From Gloeomargarita sp. SRBZ-1_bins_9 (GTDB lineage: Bacteria > Cyanobacteriota > Cyanobacteriia > Gloeomargaritales > Gloeomargaritaceae): DNA of 64,000 bases. The position numbers were made by a program, and so were the translations under genes. The notes below the pieces were generated by a model. That model ran no database searches, was not told the origin of the DNA, and saw only the letters and a program-made list of their open reading frames with translations. How positions within the stretch are numbered: position 1 is the first letter of the stretch; every line of letters starts with the position of its first letter. Shown here piece after piece: positions 19,777 to 30,173 of this stretch. Location: contig JAUQVX010000012.1 in assembly GCA_039794565.1 (NCBI GenBank), forward strand, positions 807 to 64,806. Reading direction: 5' to 3'.

Positions 19777-21210
19777 TTATGGCCCGAAATAGACCGGCGT
19801 GAAGGACCCGTGCAGCCCATAGGGTACGTGATGGCGCAGGTGCAACGTTGCCACCGGTCCCGCCGCCACGTTAGCCGCCTCCAGAATCACCACATCCGTG
19901 CATTGCCGTGCGGCGTTATAGACAAAGGAAATCAACCAGCCCGCCGTTTCCTCCTCCCCCCACGGCACAAAGACCGGCTCCCCCACAAACCCCCGCGGTC
20001 CTGCCAGCCAGAGCTGTTGCCGTCCCGTATCCACCTCCAGCGCCAGGATACCCTGCAACGGAGCATTGGCCACCGGGTCCGCCGCCACCCCCAGATAAAC
20101 CCACCGGTAGGGCCGTCCCACCCGCTGGGGATGCACCTGGGGAAATTCGCAACACCGCGACAGCAGCGTTTCCACCTGGACCCGCTGGGTGGTCAAATTC
20201 ACCCGAAAGCGTTTGAGTTGACCCGCCGGTAGGGTGGCAAAATCCACAAACCGGTAATCCGTCTGCTGGTCAATCGTGGGGAAATGGCTATAGCAGATAG
20301 AATCCAGAACCAGCTCATCCCCCTGTTCGTAGCCGTTGGCATGGTGAAACACAAAGCAGGGTTCAGTTAGAAACACCCGCACCGGACCGCCAGATCGGGG
20401 AATGACCAAAATGCGGGTGGGCTGTTGCCGGTCAAAATGGAGGCACTGGGCCGCTCCCGTCCACCCCAGCACGTAGGGCAGTGGGAAAAAATGCACCGGA
20501 TTTTGGAAAAACACGTAGTAATTTTCCGTGAGGATGAAATCGTGCAGGAAGGCAAATCCGTTAATGAGGTGTTGCTGCTGCCGCACTAGGCCCCACTGGT
20601 CATCGAACTCATAGAGCCGGATTTCGCTGTTGATGCCCGCCTTGACGCCGAAATTCACCAACACACCCTGGGGGTCAATCCGGGGGTGAGCGGCAAACCC
20701 ATGGCCCTCGGGAATCAGCCCCCCCAAGTTATCCAATCCCAGGGTTTCTAGGGTGTAGGGGTCCAGGCGATAGGGATGGGCCGCCTCCCACAGGGCCAAC
20801 AACCGGTCTCCCCAGTACACCACGTTGGTATTGGCAATGTTTTTCAAGCGCAGGTCCAGCAGATTGGACCACCAGCCCCCCGGTTTTTGGGTGCCGAAAA
20901 CCCCCCGGTACAGGATTTGATTGGCCCGTTCCTCCGCCAAAAATTCCGGCGTTCGCACGTAGCAATTGCGGTAAAACGCCCGCCCATCCCGAAAACATAC
21001 CTGGTTGACCATGCCATCCCCGTCAAAGGGGTGATGGTACCGCTGTCCCCCCCGGTCCAAGCGCCCCGGCCCATTGCGAAACAACGTCCCTGTTAACGCC
21101 GGCGGCATCGTTCCCGATACTTCCTCCACCCAGTAGGCCAACTCCTGCGGCTGCGTGCGATGCCCCCCCTGCCAGTCCTCCAGCCGATAGGTCACCCTCG
21201 CTGTTGTCAT
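19777..21210 (-). CDS. Carotenoid oxygenase family (apocarotenoid 15,15'-oxygenase-like)
   Basis: LFRNGPG, HPFDGDGM, ANTNVV, AAHP, FLHDF, FHHANGYE, EFP, GEPVFVP, PYGLHG (four Fe-ligand His). Confidence 0.93.
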   Translation of the reverse strand: MTTARVTYRLEDWQGGHRTQPQELAYWVEEVSGTMPPALTGTLFRNGPGRLDRGGQRYHHPFDGDGMVNQVCFRDGRAFYRNCYVRTPEFLAEERANQILYRGVFGTQKPGGWWSNLLDLRLKNIANTNVVYWGDRLLALWEAAHPYRLDPYTLETLGLDNLGGLIPEGHGFAAHPRIDPQGVLVNFGVKAGINSEIRLYEFDDQWGLVRQQQHLINGFAFLHDFILTENYYVFFQNPVHFFPLPYVLGWTGAAQCLHFDRQQPTRILVIPRSGGPVRVFLTEPCFVFHHANGYEQGDELVLDSICYSHFPTIDQQTDYRFVDFATLPAGQLKRFRVNLTTQRVQVETLLSRCCEFPQVHPQRVGRPYRWVYLGVAADPVANAPLQGILALEVDTGRQQLWLAGPRGFVGEPVFVPWGEEETAGWLISFVYNAARQCTDVVILEAANVAAGPVATLHLRHHVPYGLHGSFTPVYFGP

Positions 21211-21310
21211 GGCCGGTCACAAATCTTAAAGAAATTTAATACCCTGATTGTAGCGCAGGGGGAGGGGCGGTGGGTGGCAGAATAAAAGAGGCGAAGCAAG
21301 TGGGCTAGCG

Positions 21311-21850
21311 ATGCGTTGGGTCTGGTTAGGGTTAGTGTGGCTGGTGGTCGGGTTAACGGGTTGCAGCTTGGGGGCAGCTGGTCTCAATCCCTACCTTGAC
21401 CCGGCGGGGGGGTATCAATTCCTTTATCCCAACGGGTGGGTGCAGGTGGAGGTGCCCCAGTCCAAGTACGCCGTGCTTTTCCATGACTTGATCAACCCCA
21501 GCGAGACCTTGAGTTTGGTGATCAGCCCGGTGAAATCGGGGAAAACCTTAGCTGAACTAGGGTCGCCGGCGGAGCTAGGGGAACGGCTGATGGAAACTGC
21601 TCTGGCCCAGGCGGCGGTGGACCGCAAACCCCAGCTCCTCAGCGCCGACAGTCACCAAACCCCGGATCAGCAACTCTACTACACCCTGGAGTACGTGGTG
21701 AACACCGCCAACGGCACCCGTCACAACATCGCCGCCATCACCACCCGCCACGGCAAGCTCTACACCCTAAATGCCTCCGTCCCGGAAAGCCGTTGGCCCA
21801 AAGTGGGTGAGCTTTTGCGAAAAGCGGTCAATTCATTTCAGGTGAACTAA
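21311..21850 (+). CDS. psbP: CyanoP (PsbP-like) lipoprotein
   Basis: Lipobox LTGC, YQFLYPNGW, FHDLI..SETLS.VIS, LG.P.E.G, KLYTLN.S.PE.RW. Confidence 0.88.
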   Translation: MRWVWLGLVWLVVGLTGCSLGAAGLNPYLDPAGGYQFLYPNGWVQVEVPQSKYAVLFHDLINPSETLSLVISPVKSGKTLAELGSPAELGERLMETALAQAAVDRKPQLLSADSHQTPDQQLYYTLEYVVNTANGTRHNIAAITTRHGKLYTLNASVPESRWPKVGELLRKAVNSFQVN

Positions 21851-21897
21851 GAGTCAGCCCCATCCTGCCACCGCCGCCAGTAACCCATCAGTCCGGT

Positions 21898-23268
21898 TCA
21901 GGGGCAAGACTCAACCCGGCGCAACTTGGCGATGAAAAATCCATCCATCTGGTGGCGATGGGGCCAGAAGGTGACGGTGTGGGTTTGGGGGTCAAGGGCA
22001 TCGGATAAAGCCGCCGGTAATATCGGTGGTATTACCTGCCAAGCGGGGTGCCGGGCGAGAAATTGTTGAATTTGTTGGACATTCTCGGCGGGGTTGAGGG
22101 TGCAGGTGGCATAAACCAAAACGCCCTCCGGTTTGACCCAGGCGGCCGCTGCTGTTAACAGCTCCTGCTGCAACCGAACCAGGCGCGCCAATTCCTGTTC
22201 CTGATAGCGCCAGCGGGCTTCGGGATGCCGGTGCAAAGTCCCCCAACCGCTACAGGGCACATCCAACAGCACCCGGTCGGCCACGCCCTGCCAGTCGGTA
22301 AAGGTGCGGGCATCCCCCACCCGGTAACGAACACAGGTCAATCCCAGGCGCTGGACGTTCTCTTGCAGGGGGACTAGCCGTTCCGGGCGCACCTCACAGG
22401 CCCAGACCACCCCCCGGTCCTGCATCAACTCGGCGATGTGGGTGGTTTTGCCCCCCGGTGCCGCGCAGGCGTCGATCACCGTTTCCCCCGGCTGCGGATC
22501 GAGAATGAGGGATACCCACTGGGCCGCCAGGTCCTGCACCGTCCACCACCCCTCGGCAAATCCCGGCCAGGAGGTGACCGGACCACCCCCCGTGACCTGC
22601 ACGGCTTGGGGCAGCTCCGGGGCAGCCGTGGCGGCAATACCGGCCTGGTCGAACTGCGCCAACACCCTGGCCCGGTCCACCCGCAGGGAATTAACCCGCA
22701 GGTAAATGGCCGGGGGCTGGTTCAACCACTGGCACAGTTGCGCCGTTTCCGCCGGTCCTAATTGGGCCAACCACCGTTCCACCAGGGCCAGCGGATAACT
22801 GTACTGCATCGCCAACGCCGCTGCCGGTTCGGAGGGCAAACGCAACGGGAACTGCCGGGGCCGCTCCCCAGCGATCCGCAAGTAATTGCGCAGTACGGCA
22901 TTCACCAACCCACGCCAGCGTCCGCACCCTACTCGTTCCGCCAGGGCCACTGTCGTATCCACCGCCGCAAAGTCAGGAATTTGCTGACAAAAGTGCAATT
23001 GATACAGTCCCAGACGCAGCAACTGACGCACAGCCATAGGGGGTGAGCGGGGCACCAATTGGTCGATCACCGCATCGAGAAACCCCCGCTGGCGCGTCAC
23101 TCCGCACACCAACTCCATCAACAATCGCCGGTCTGGTGCTGTTAAGGTTTCCTGCCCGTAGGGAGCCAGAGCCGTTTCCGTCCATGCGCCCGCTTGAATG
23201 GCCTGCAACGCCTGCCACGCCAAGTAACGGGGGTCAGCGGGAGCAGACCGGGTTAACCACCTCCCCAT
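21898..23268 (-). CDS. rsmB: 16S rRNA m5C967 methyltransferase RsmB (Sun)
   Basis: NusB-like N-terminus, VQDLAAQ, DACAAPGGKT, LLDVPCSG.G, YATCTL. Confidence 0.95.
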   Translation of the reverse strand: MGRWLTRSAPADPRYLAWQALQAIQAGAWTETALAPYGQETLTAPDRRLLMELVCGVTRQRGFLDAVIDQLVPRSPPMAVRQLLRLGLYQLHFCQQIPDFAAVDTTVALAERVGCGRWRGLVNAVLRNYLRIAGERPRQFPLRLPSEPAAALAMQYSYPLALVERWLAQLGPAETAQLCQWLNQPPAIYLRVNSLRVDRARVLAQFDQAGIAATAAPELPQAVQVTGGGPVTSWPGFAEGWWTVQDLAAQWVSLILDPQPGETVIDACAAPGGKTTHIAELMQDRGVVWACEVRPERLVPLQENVQRLGLTCVRYRVGDARTFTDWQGVADRVLLDVPCSGWGTLHRHPEARWRYQEQELARLVRLQQELLTAAAAWVKPEGVLVYATCTLNPAENVQQIQQFLARHPAWQVIPPILPAALSDALDPQTHTVTFWPHRHQMDGFFIAKLRRVESCP

Positions 23269-24355
23269 AGAGGGCTTCCAGCAAATCCAGATTGCGGCTT
23301 AGGGTATAGCGCTCGAGCACCCGCTGGCGGGCCTTGACCCCCAAAATCCGGCGAAATTCCGGTTGGTGCACCAGCATCGGCAGCAACGTGCGCAATTGGG
23401 TCACTACCCCCTGGGTCGAGAGCACAATACCGGCTCCCCTCTCCAACACCTCCCCATCGGCGCCCGCATCCGTGGCCACACAGGCCAACCCACAGGCCAT
23501 CGCCTCCAACAGGGACAGGGACAAGCCCTCCACTAGCGACGGCAACACAAACACATCCGCCCCCTGCAACAGCCGAATGCGCTCTTGCTCTTGGGCCACA
23601 AACCCCAACCACAGCACCCCCTGCGCCGGGCCGTAGTGGGTCATCAAGCTCGGGGCCAGCGGTCCATTCCCCACCATGAGCAACTTCACCCGTGGTCCCA
23701 AATCCGCCTGTTTCCAGGCCTGCAACAGGGCCTCCACATTCTTTTCCAGAGCCATGCGGCCTTGATAGATAAACAGGCAATCGGCATTCAACTCCTGCTT
23801 GAGATTGCTCCAGCCGGGGGCATAGCGTTCCGGGTCCACGCCGTTGGGAATAATGCACAGTCGTTGCTCCGGCACCCCCAGACGCACCAGCAAATCCTTC
23901 TGGAGCTGGGAAAACACGATCACCCGGTCGTAGTTGCTCAGACAGGGGGCATAAAGCTGGTAGGTCAAAAACTGGGTGCTGGCGGCCAAATTCAACCGAC
24001 GGCTGGCAAAAGGCGGATGGAACGTCGCCACTAAAGGAATCCCCAGTTCCCCACAAATCTCCGGCAGGCTGAAATCCAAGGGCGACAGGGTCAACGACGC
24101 ATGGAGTATATCCGGGCGCAATTTTTTCAGGGTGCGCAGCAGAGTTTGGCTAGCGCCGGGGCTAGGCAGGGTGTAAATCTGGGATTTGTACAGGCAGGGC
24201 AGGGAAAATTCCTGGTCCGACTCACACTCATGGGGAGGGGCAAAGTGCAAAAAACTCACCTGATACCCCCGGTCCCGCAGGGCATTGGTCACCTCCCGGC
24301 TATAGGTCACATTCCCACAAAAGGGCGATTTTTTCCCTAACCAGGCAATATGCAT
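23234..24355 (-). CDS. dgdA: Glycosyltransferase family 4, probably digalactosyldiacylglycerol synthase
   Basis: MHIAWLGKKSPFCGNVTY N-terminus (recalled as cyanobacterial DgdA/Ycf82 signature), GRMALEKN, EGLSLSLLEAMA. Confidence 0.65.
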   Translation of the reverse strand: MHIAWLGKKSPFCGNVTYSREVTNALRDRGYQVSFLHFAPPHECESDQEFSLPCLYKSQIYTLPSPGASQTLLRTLKKLRPDILHASLTLSPLDFSLPEICGELGIPLVATFHPPFASRRLNLAASTQFLTYQLYAPCLSNYDRVIVFSQLQKDLLVRLGVPEQRLCIIPNGVDPERYAPGWSNLKQELNADCLFIYQGRMALEKNVEALLQAWKQADLGPRVKLLMVGNGPLAPSLMTHYGPAQGVLWLGFVAQEQERIRLLQGADVFVLPSLVEGLSLSLLEAMACGLACVATDAGADGEVLERGAGIVLSTQGVVTQLRTLLPMLVHQPEFRRILGVKARQRVLERYTLSRNLDLLEALYGEVVNPVCSR

Positions 24356-24382
24356 CCCCACACCCCCAGGCATATCGCTATT

Positions 24383-25168
24383 TTAGAATTCCAGTTGCAG
24401 GTCGGCCAGGTATAGTGGCCATCGTTGCCGGTTGACCGTGTTGTGGTAGCCGCCCCCAGCGTCGCCAGCCGTGGCCACACCTGGGGGTTCAATTCCCCCT
24501 CCTCCCCCTAACCCACCGAGACAAAGGCGATGCGCCGGTCCGTCGCCAAATTGTTGACGAAGGCCCAGGTGAGGGTTGGCATCTTCCCCGTCCGTCGGCA
24601 CCACCACCGCCTTGCTCGCCTCGGGGTGGAGGTTTTGCCGCCGCCACCAAAACGCCTCCCACACCGCAGCATACAAAGCCGTTGAACCCTCAAGTGCGGA
24701 GGCGGTTCACAAAAGCCAACCCCTGCCGTTTACCCGCCGCATCAGGGACGGGTCACCGCAAGCATCCACCACCGTCGGCGCTGGGGGACCTAGGGCGTCA
24801 AACCTGGGCTGGGGCTGCACTCCGTTGGCCGGCGTGAACCGATTACCCAAGGGCAACCCCGGTCGCACACCCCAACGGGCCACCAGTTCCTGGATGGGTA
24901 GAAAACGCAGGGAATCGCTCACCTACTGCGCTAGCGTTACCACGTCCCCCGACCCCAAGGTAGGGCAACGGCTGGGCAAGGGTGTGCCATCAGCGAGCTG
25001 GGGGTTGCGGTCGGTGAACCAAGGCATCCCCTAGTTGCAGAATTCCTCGAGAGCGCTCCCCAAGAGCAGTGTAATTTCCAGGGCCGCTTGGGTAGTCGGT
25101 TGACCACCTGCACCCGTGACGAGTACTGCCAGTCCCATACCCCAAACCCATCCCCGCCGCTGTTGCAT
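24383..25168 (-). pseudogene. Decayed, internally deleted solute-binding + VWA domain lipoprotein gene
   Basis: Signal-like MQQRRGWVWGMGLAVLVTG, ITLLLGSALEEFC, TAG at 25031-25033, GSGDVV..LAQ, TAG at 24923-24925, RPG.PLG.RFTP..GVQPQP, then frameshifted VWA pieces AVVVPTDGED, RRIAFVSVG and terminal LADLQLEF-stop. Confidence 0.7.
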
Positions 25169-25228
25169 GGTAAACGATCCTGCGGCAATCCCCCCCTGCA
25201 TACTCTAGCAAAAGGCCCTAGTCTGGTC

Positions 25229-26116
25229 ATGCGCTATCACATCCGTCACCGTTTGCACTACCGCTATCCCCAGCCGGTGCGGCTATCGCCCCAGGTGGTG
25301 CGCCTGCATCCCCGCAGCGACTGCACCCAAACCGTCGAGCACTACAACTTACAAACCGACCCCCCGCCCCAGCACAGTTACGTTAACATTGCCCTGGACG
25401 GCAGCACGGAACAGGTGTTTATCCCCCCAGCTGGGGTCACTGATTGGCACATCACCATGGAAACGGTGGTGCGCACCCATCGGCAAAATCCCTTTGATTT
25501 CCTGCTGGAACCCTGGGCCGTGACCCTGCCCCTGGACTATCCCGCCCGGTTACGCCAGGAGCTACAACCCTACCTGGTCCAGGACCCCGACCCCGCCGCC
25601 ACCGCCCTGGCCCAGGAACTCTGGCTGGCCAGCGACGCCCAAGTGGTCCCCTTTCTCTGGCAGTTAAACCAGACCATCTACAGCAAATGCACCCACATCA
25701 TTCGGCCTACAGGGGCGGCCTGGCCGGCCGGTTTGACCTGGCAACGGCGCGAAGGAGCCTGTCGCGATTTGACCGTCCTATTTATAGCCGTGTGTCGAGC
25801 CATGGGGTTAGCCGCCCGTTTTGTCAGCGGTTACCACGAAGGGGACCCCGATTGGCCCCACCGCCATTTACACGCCTGGGCAGAAGTCTATCTCCCCGGT
25901 GCCGGCTGGCGTGGCTACGACCCCACCCACGGTTTGGCCGTCAACGACCGCTACGTGGCCCTAACCGCCCGGCCCCATCCCCAGGACACCCTACCCGTGA
26001 CCGGCCAAGTACTGACCCCCGGTGTGACAGGGACCTTGACCTATGAGATCGCCATTACTCCTGGGCCGGCGACGACTCAGCCCGCTCCTGCTTCAGGCGA
26101 TTCAACAGGGCAATGA
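25229..26116 (+). CDS. Transglutaminase-like family protein
   Basis: N-terminal MRYHIRH...Y domain; catalytic triad GACRD / [13 protein letters not shown] / YDPT. Confidence 0.93.
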   Translation: MRYHIRHRLHYRYPQPVRLSPQVVRLHPRSDCTQTVEHYNLQTDPPPQHSYVNIALDGSTEQVFIPPAGVTDWHITMETVVRTHRQNPFDFLLEPWAVTLPLDYPARLRQELQPYLVQDPDPAATALAQELWLASDAQVVPFLWQLNQTIYSKCTHIIRPTGAAWPAGLTWQRREGACRDLTVLFIAVCRAMGLAARFVSGYHEGDPDWPHRHLHAWAEVYLPGAGWRGYDPTHGLAVNDRYVALTARPHPQDTLPVTGQVLTPGVTGTLTYEIAITPGPATTQPAPASGDSTGQ

Positions 26117-26435
26117 CGCGGCTCCCCCGCTCTAGGGAGGTATCTTCCCGGAAAACCACCTCAGGGGTACGGCGCAGGCGAATCCGTTGCCCCAGCACCG
26201 ACCGTACGTAACCCGTTGCCGAATGCAACCCTGCCATGGTTTGCGCCCGCACCTCCGGCGGCCCGTAAATACTCACATAAATCTGGGCATGCTGCAAATC
26301 CCCCGACACCTCCACATCCGTTACGCTCACCAGTCCTTGCCCCACCCGGTCGTCCTTGATGCCCTTGAGCAGCAACTGGCTCACCTCCCGCTTGATCAGT
26401 TCTGCAACCCGCTCCACCCGGCGACTGGTAGCCAT
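26055..26435 (-). CDS. rbfA: Ribosome-binding factor A
   Basis: [39 protein letters not shown]. Confidence 0.96.
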   Translation of the reverse strand: MATSRRVERVAELIKREVSQLLLKGIKDDRVGQGLVSVTDVEVSGDLQHAQIYVSIYGPPEVRAQTMAGLHSATGYVRSVLGQRIRLRRTPEVVFREDTSLERGSRVIALLNRLKQERAESSPAQE

Positions 26436-26467
26436 AGGTTCTCCTCCTTGTGTGGCACTGCCAAGCC

Positions 26468-27136
26468 CTAGGATGCCGCCACCGGAGCCGACGGTGTGAG
26501 ATCGCCGCCCTTGCGCATATCCGCCAACACCGCCCGCGCCTGGTTCAACCGGTCCAGCGTACTGCGATACAGTTCCAGGTCCCGCTGCACCTTTTCTGGA
26601 TTCCACTGTATCCCCTGGGCTAAGGTTTGGACCGCCTGGGGCCACTGCTCCGGCGTCTCCGGCAGCACCGTCTGCACCAACGTCCACAGCCCCACCGCCG
26701 CCAGGCGACTGTACTTGGGAATCGGGGGCGTTACCCAGGCCTGCAACTCCCGCTGCAACGGGTCATGGTCGGAAAACCCCGTTTCCGGTTGAGCCAACCA
26801 CGCCCGCAAGCGCGCCCCACTTTCCCCTTGCGCCAACGCCAGCAACTGTTGCGCATCCTGCCGGTACTGCTGGGGGTCCTGGTGGAGGGAGCAACACAAC
26901 GCCCGAAAAATTGACTCCCGGTGCGCCGCCGGTGTGTAATGCTGCATCAAGGTATCAAAGGCCGTCACCACCCCCAGGGCATACAAGGGCCGGTAACGAA
27001 AGGCCACATTGACGTGCAGCAGGTGCATCTCCACCAACAACTCCTCCACCACCCGTTGATAGACCGAATGAATCGGGCGGGGATGGTACTGGTAAAAAGC
27101 CCGCTTGGTATCGGCAACCGTCGGTACAGCAGACAC
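26468..27136 (-). CDS. psb29: Photosystem II biogenesis protein Psb29/Thf1
   Basis: TVADTKRAF...[39 protein letters not shown]. Confidence 0.92.
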   Translation of the reverse strand: MSAVPTVADTKRAFYQYHPRPIHSVYQRVVEELLVEMHLLHVNVAFRYRPLYALGVVTAFDTLMQHYTPAAHRESIFRALCCSLHQDPQQYRQDAQQLLALAQGESGARLRAWLAQPETGFSDHDPLQRELQAWVTPPIPKYSRLAAVGLWTLVQTVLPETPEQWPQAVQTLAQGIQWNPEKVQRDLELYRSTLDRLNQARAVLADMRKGGDLTPSAPVAAS

Positions 27137-27186
27137 AGGCGCAAACCCCGGCAAGCGACTGTTATTTATCTTACCCTGTTCCCGGC

Positions 27187-28209
27187 CTAGCGCCCCAACC
27201 CCAACACACTCGCCAGGGACCGGGCAGCATTCGACGGTTCCATGGCATCCAGGGCAGCCGTCGGTTCATAGCCACAATGCACCATGCAGTCCCGGCATTT
27301 GGGGTTGCCGCTGGCGTGACCGTACTTTTCCCACGCCGTCGTTTCCAGCAATTCCTGATAGCTTTGGCAGTGACCTTCGTTGAGCAAATAACAGGGCCTT
27401 TGCCAACCTAGGACACTGTAACTTGGCATCCCCCAGGGCGTGCATTCGTAGTCCTTTTCACCAATGAGAAAGTCCAAAAACAGGGGGTTGTGGTTGAAAT
27501 TCCATTTTTTGAGACCTCGGCGGTAGGGGGCCAGGATTTGCCGAAACAGCGCCCGTGTCTGCTCCCGCTGGAGAAAGTGTTCCTGGTCCGGCGCCCATTC
27601 ATAGCTGTAGCCTGGGGAAACCATCATCCCATCCACCCCCAATTCCGTCAGGAAATCAAACAACTCCTGGATTTCCTCCGGTTGGGTACCGGCAAAAACG
27701 GTAGTATTGGTCGTCACCCGAAAGCCCGCCTTTTTGGCCGCCTTAATGGCCCTAATGGCAATATCGAACACCCCCTGCCGGTTCACCGATTGATCATGGC
27801 GCTCCCGCATCCCGTCAATATGCACGCTGAAGGCAAAGTAAGGGGACGGCTTAAATTTGTGTAAACTCTTCTCCAGCAGCAGACCGTTGGTACACAGATA
27901 GACAAACTTGCGGCGTGCCACCAGCCCGGCCACGATTTCATCAATCTGGGGATGCAACAGGGGTTCCCCACCAGGAATGGCCACGATAGGCGCGCCGCAC
28001 TCCTCAACGGCCCGGAAACATTCCTCTGGGGTGAGATGCCGTTTCAGTACCTCCGGTGGATGTTGAATCTTACCACAGCCGGCGCAGGCCAAATTACAGC
28101 GAAACAGGGGTTCTAGCATCAAAGTCAGGGCAAACTTCTTACGCCCCAGCATCCGTTGGGTTACTAAATACTTCCCGACTTCCAGCGCCTGCAACCAGTG
28201 AATGGCCAT
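27187..28209 (-). CDS. hpnH: Adenosyl-hopene synthase HpnH (radical SAM)
   Basis: [35 protein letters not shown]...[18 protein letters not shown]. Confidence 0.93.
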   Translation of the reverse strand: MAIHWLQALEVGKYLVTQRMLGRKKFALTLMLEPLFRCNLACAGCGKIQHPPEVLKRHLTPEECFRAVEECGAPIVAIPGGEPLLHPQIDEIVAGLVARRKFVYLCTNGLLLEKSLHKFKPSPYFAFSVHIDGMRERHDQSVNRQGVFDIAIRAIKAAKKAGFRVTTNTTVFAGTQPEEIQELFDFLTELGVDGMMVSPGYSYEWAPDQEHFLQREQTRALFRQILAPYRRGLKKWNFNHNPLFLDFLIGEKDYECTPWGMPSYSVLGWQRPCYLLNEGHCQSYQELLETTAWEKYGHASGNPKCRDCMVHCGYEPTAALDAMEPSNAARSLASVLGLGR

Positions 28210-28407
28210 GCTGCAACTCCTCACCACAGGGGTTTCCCATCTGCCACTGTAAAGGATTTCCCCCCGCCTGGCAAGTCAGAGGTGTCCGGTATCGTCCCTT
28301 GACACGGTTGCTTAAGGGACAGAGGCTATTTGATTTGCACTGACGTTGTATAGAAGCTACTGCCCGACGATTTATAATGCTAGGGGTAGAACTGTTGCCG
28401 ATAGCCC

Positions 28408-28992
28408 ATGACTGCCGGTTTACCGTTGCGCCTTCCCCCCACCTTACGCTGGACAGAAACCGAGTTTCGGGAATGGGTAAAAGCCAATCCCGACCTGCGC
28501 TGGGAACTCACTGCCGATGGGGAACCGCTAGCTATGCCGCCAACGGGAGGGGAAACCGGATTTTACAACGCTAATTTGAACGCTAACTTCATCCTGTGGA
28601 ACCGGCAAACGGCTTTGGGTTATGTATTTGATTCCTCCACGGGTTTTCGGTTACCTAATGGGGCGATTCGTTCGCCGGCTGTGGCCTGGATTGCCAAGGA
28701 AAAGTGGGATTGTTTATCGCTGGAGGAATGTCGAGGTTTGGTCCCCTTGTGCCCTGATTTTGTAGTGGAGATCCTCTCGCCTGCGGACGACCCTAACCTG
28801 GTGCGGGCTAAGATGGCGGAATACTTGGCTAACGGGGCGCGCTTGGGTTGGTTGATGGACCCGCAACAACAAACAGTGACCATTTATCGCCCTGGTGTGG
28901 CCCCCCGCACCCAAGATTTCGCCGTGCCGTTGACGGGGGAAGAGGTGCTGCCGGGACTGGTGGTGAATTTAACATCTCTCCTAGGTTCCTAA
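28408..28992 (+). CDS. Uma2-family (DUF820) restriction endonuclease-fold protein, catalytic PD changed to PA
   Basis: DSSTGFRLPNGAIRSPAVAW, CPDFVVE.LSP.D, KMAEYL.NGARLGWL.DP. Confidence 0.9.
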   Translation: MTAGLPLRLPPTLRWTETEFREWVKANPDLRWELTADGEPLAMPPTGGETGFYNANLNANFILWNRQTALGYVFDSSTGFRLPNGAIRSPAVAWIAKEKWDCLSLEECRGLVPLCPDFVVEILSPADDPNLVRAKMAEYLANGARLGWLMDPQQQTVTIYRPGVAPRTQDFAVPLTGEEVLPGLVVNLTSLLGS

Positions 28993-28997
28993 GGGCG

Positions 28998-30173
28998 ATG
29001 GAGTACCGCCGTTTTGGTCGCACGGAGTTGGCCATGCCGGTGTTTTCCTGCGGCGGGATGCGCTACCAGTACAAGTGGCAAGACCAGGACCCGGCGGCTA
29101 TCCCCAAGGACAACCAGGAAAACCTGCGGGCAACGATTCACCGGGCTTGGGAACTGGGGATTACCCACATCGAAACGGCAAGGGGTTACGGCACTTCTGA
29201 GATGCAGTTGGGTTGGGTTTTGGGGGAATTTCCCCGCGACAAATTAATTGTGCAAACCAAGATTGCTCCGACGCCCGATGCCCAGGAATTTGCCCATAAA
29301 TTCGCCACCTCCCTGCGCTATTTACAACTGGAGTATGTGGATTTGTTGGCGATTCACGGGATCAATTTGCCTGAGCATTTGCAGTGGAGCTTGCAGGTGT
29401 GCTTACCCCTGGTGCGGCAATGGCAACGGGAAGGCCGGGTGCACTTTGTGGGGTTTTCCACCCATGGACATGTGAGCTTGATTACCCAGGCCATCAATAC
29501 GGGGGAATTTGATTACGTCAACCTGCACTGGTATTACATTTTTCAGGAGAATTGGCCAGCTATTTTGGCGGCGGAGAAACAGGACATGGGGGTGTTCATT
29601 ATTAGCCCGAGTGACAAGGGCGGGCATCTGTACAACCCCCCGGACAAGCTGGTGCGTTTGTGCCACCCCCTGCATCCCATGGTGTTTAATGATTTGTTTT
29701 GTTTAAGTCATCCCCAGGTGCATACCTTGAGTGTGGGGGCGTCCTGCCCTGGAGACTTTGACACCCATTTGCAAACGCTGCCCCTGTTACCCCAGGCCCA
29801 GCGGGTGCTACCCCCCATTCTCCAGCGGTTGGAGCAAGCAGCCATCGAAGCCCTCGGGCGCGAGTGGTATGAGCAATGGGCGGTGAATTTGCCCCCCTGG
29901 TTCGAGACGCCGGGTCAGATCAATATGCCCCTGATTTTACGGTTGCTCAACCTGGCGGAGGCCTTTGACCTGTGGGAGTACAGCCGGGCGCGCTATGGCA
30001 TGTTAGGGCCGGGGGGCCATTGGGTGCCGGGGCGCAATGCCGCCGATTTGCCCCTAGGGGAACTCAGGGCCTGTTTGGCTCGGCATCCCCAGCCGGAGGA
30101 GGTGTTGCGGCGATTGCAGCGGGCCCATCGGTTGTTGGGGGGAGCAACCGGCCAGCGCTTATCAGGGGCTTGA
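28998..30173 (+). CDS. Aldo/keto reductase family protein
   Basis: MEYRRFGRTEL.MP.FSCGGMR, HIETARGYG.SE, QTKI, DL...HG.N, GFSTHG. Confidence 0.9.
   Translation: MEYRRFGRTELAMPVFSCGGMRYQYKWQDQDPAAIPKDNQENLRATIHRAWELGITHIETARGYGTSEMQLGWVLGEFPRDKLIVQTKIAPTPDAQEFAHKFATSLRYLQLEYVDLLAIHGINLPEHLQWSLQVCLPLVRQWQREGRVHFVGFSTHGHVSLITQAINTGEFDYVNLHWYYIFQENWPAILAAEKQDMGVFIISPSDKGGHLYNPPDKLVRLCHPLHPMVFNDLFCLSHPQVHTLSVGASCPGDFDTHLQTLPLLPQAQRVLPPILQRLEQAAIEALGREWYEQWAVNLPPWFETPGQINMPLILRLLNLAEAFDLWEYSRARYGMLGPGGHWVPGRNAADLPLGELRACLARHPQPEEVLRRLQRAHRLLGGATGQRLSGA

Noticed and set aside
19777-21210. Retinal supply for a microbial rhodopsin
   Set aside because: No 7-TM opsin ORF in the window; such oxygenases are common without opsins.
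24483-24509. tRNA/tmRNA-like T arm GGGGG-TTCAATT-CCCCC
   Set aside because: No matching 5' acceptor strand, D arm or anticodon arm upstream; it is the antisense of the G-E-L-N-P segment of the VWA pseudogene.
28348-28360. GTA...TAC upstream of Uma2/hpnH as an NtcA box
   Set aside because: Spacer is 7 nt (GTA-TAGAAGC-TAC), not the required 8.
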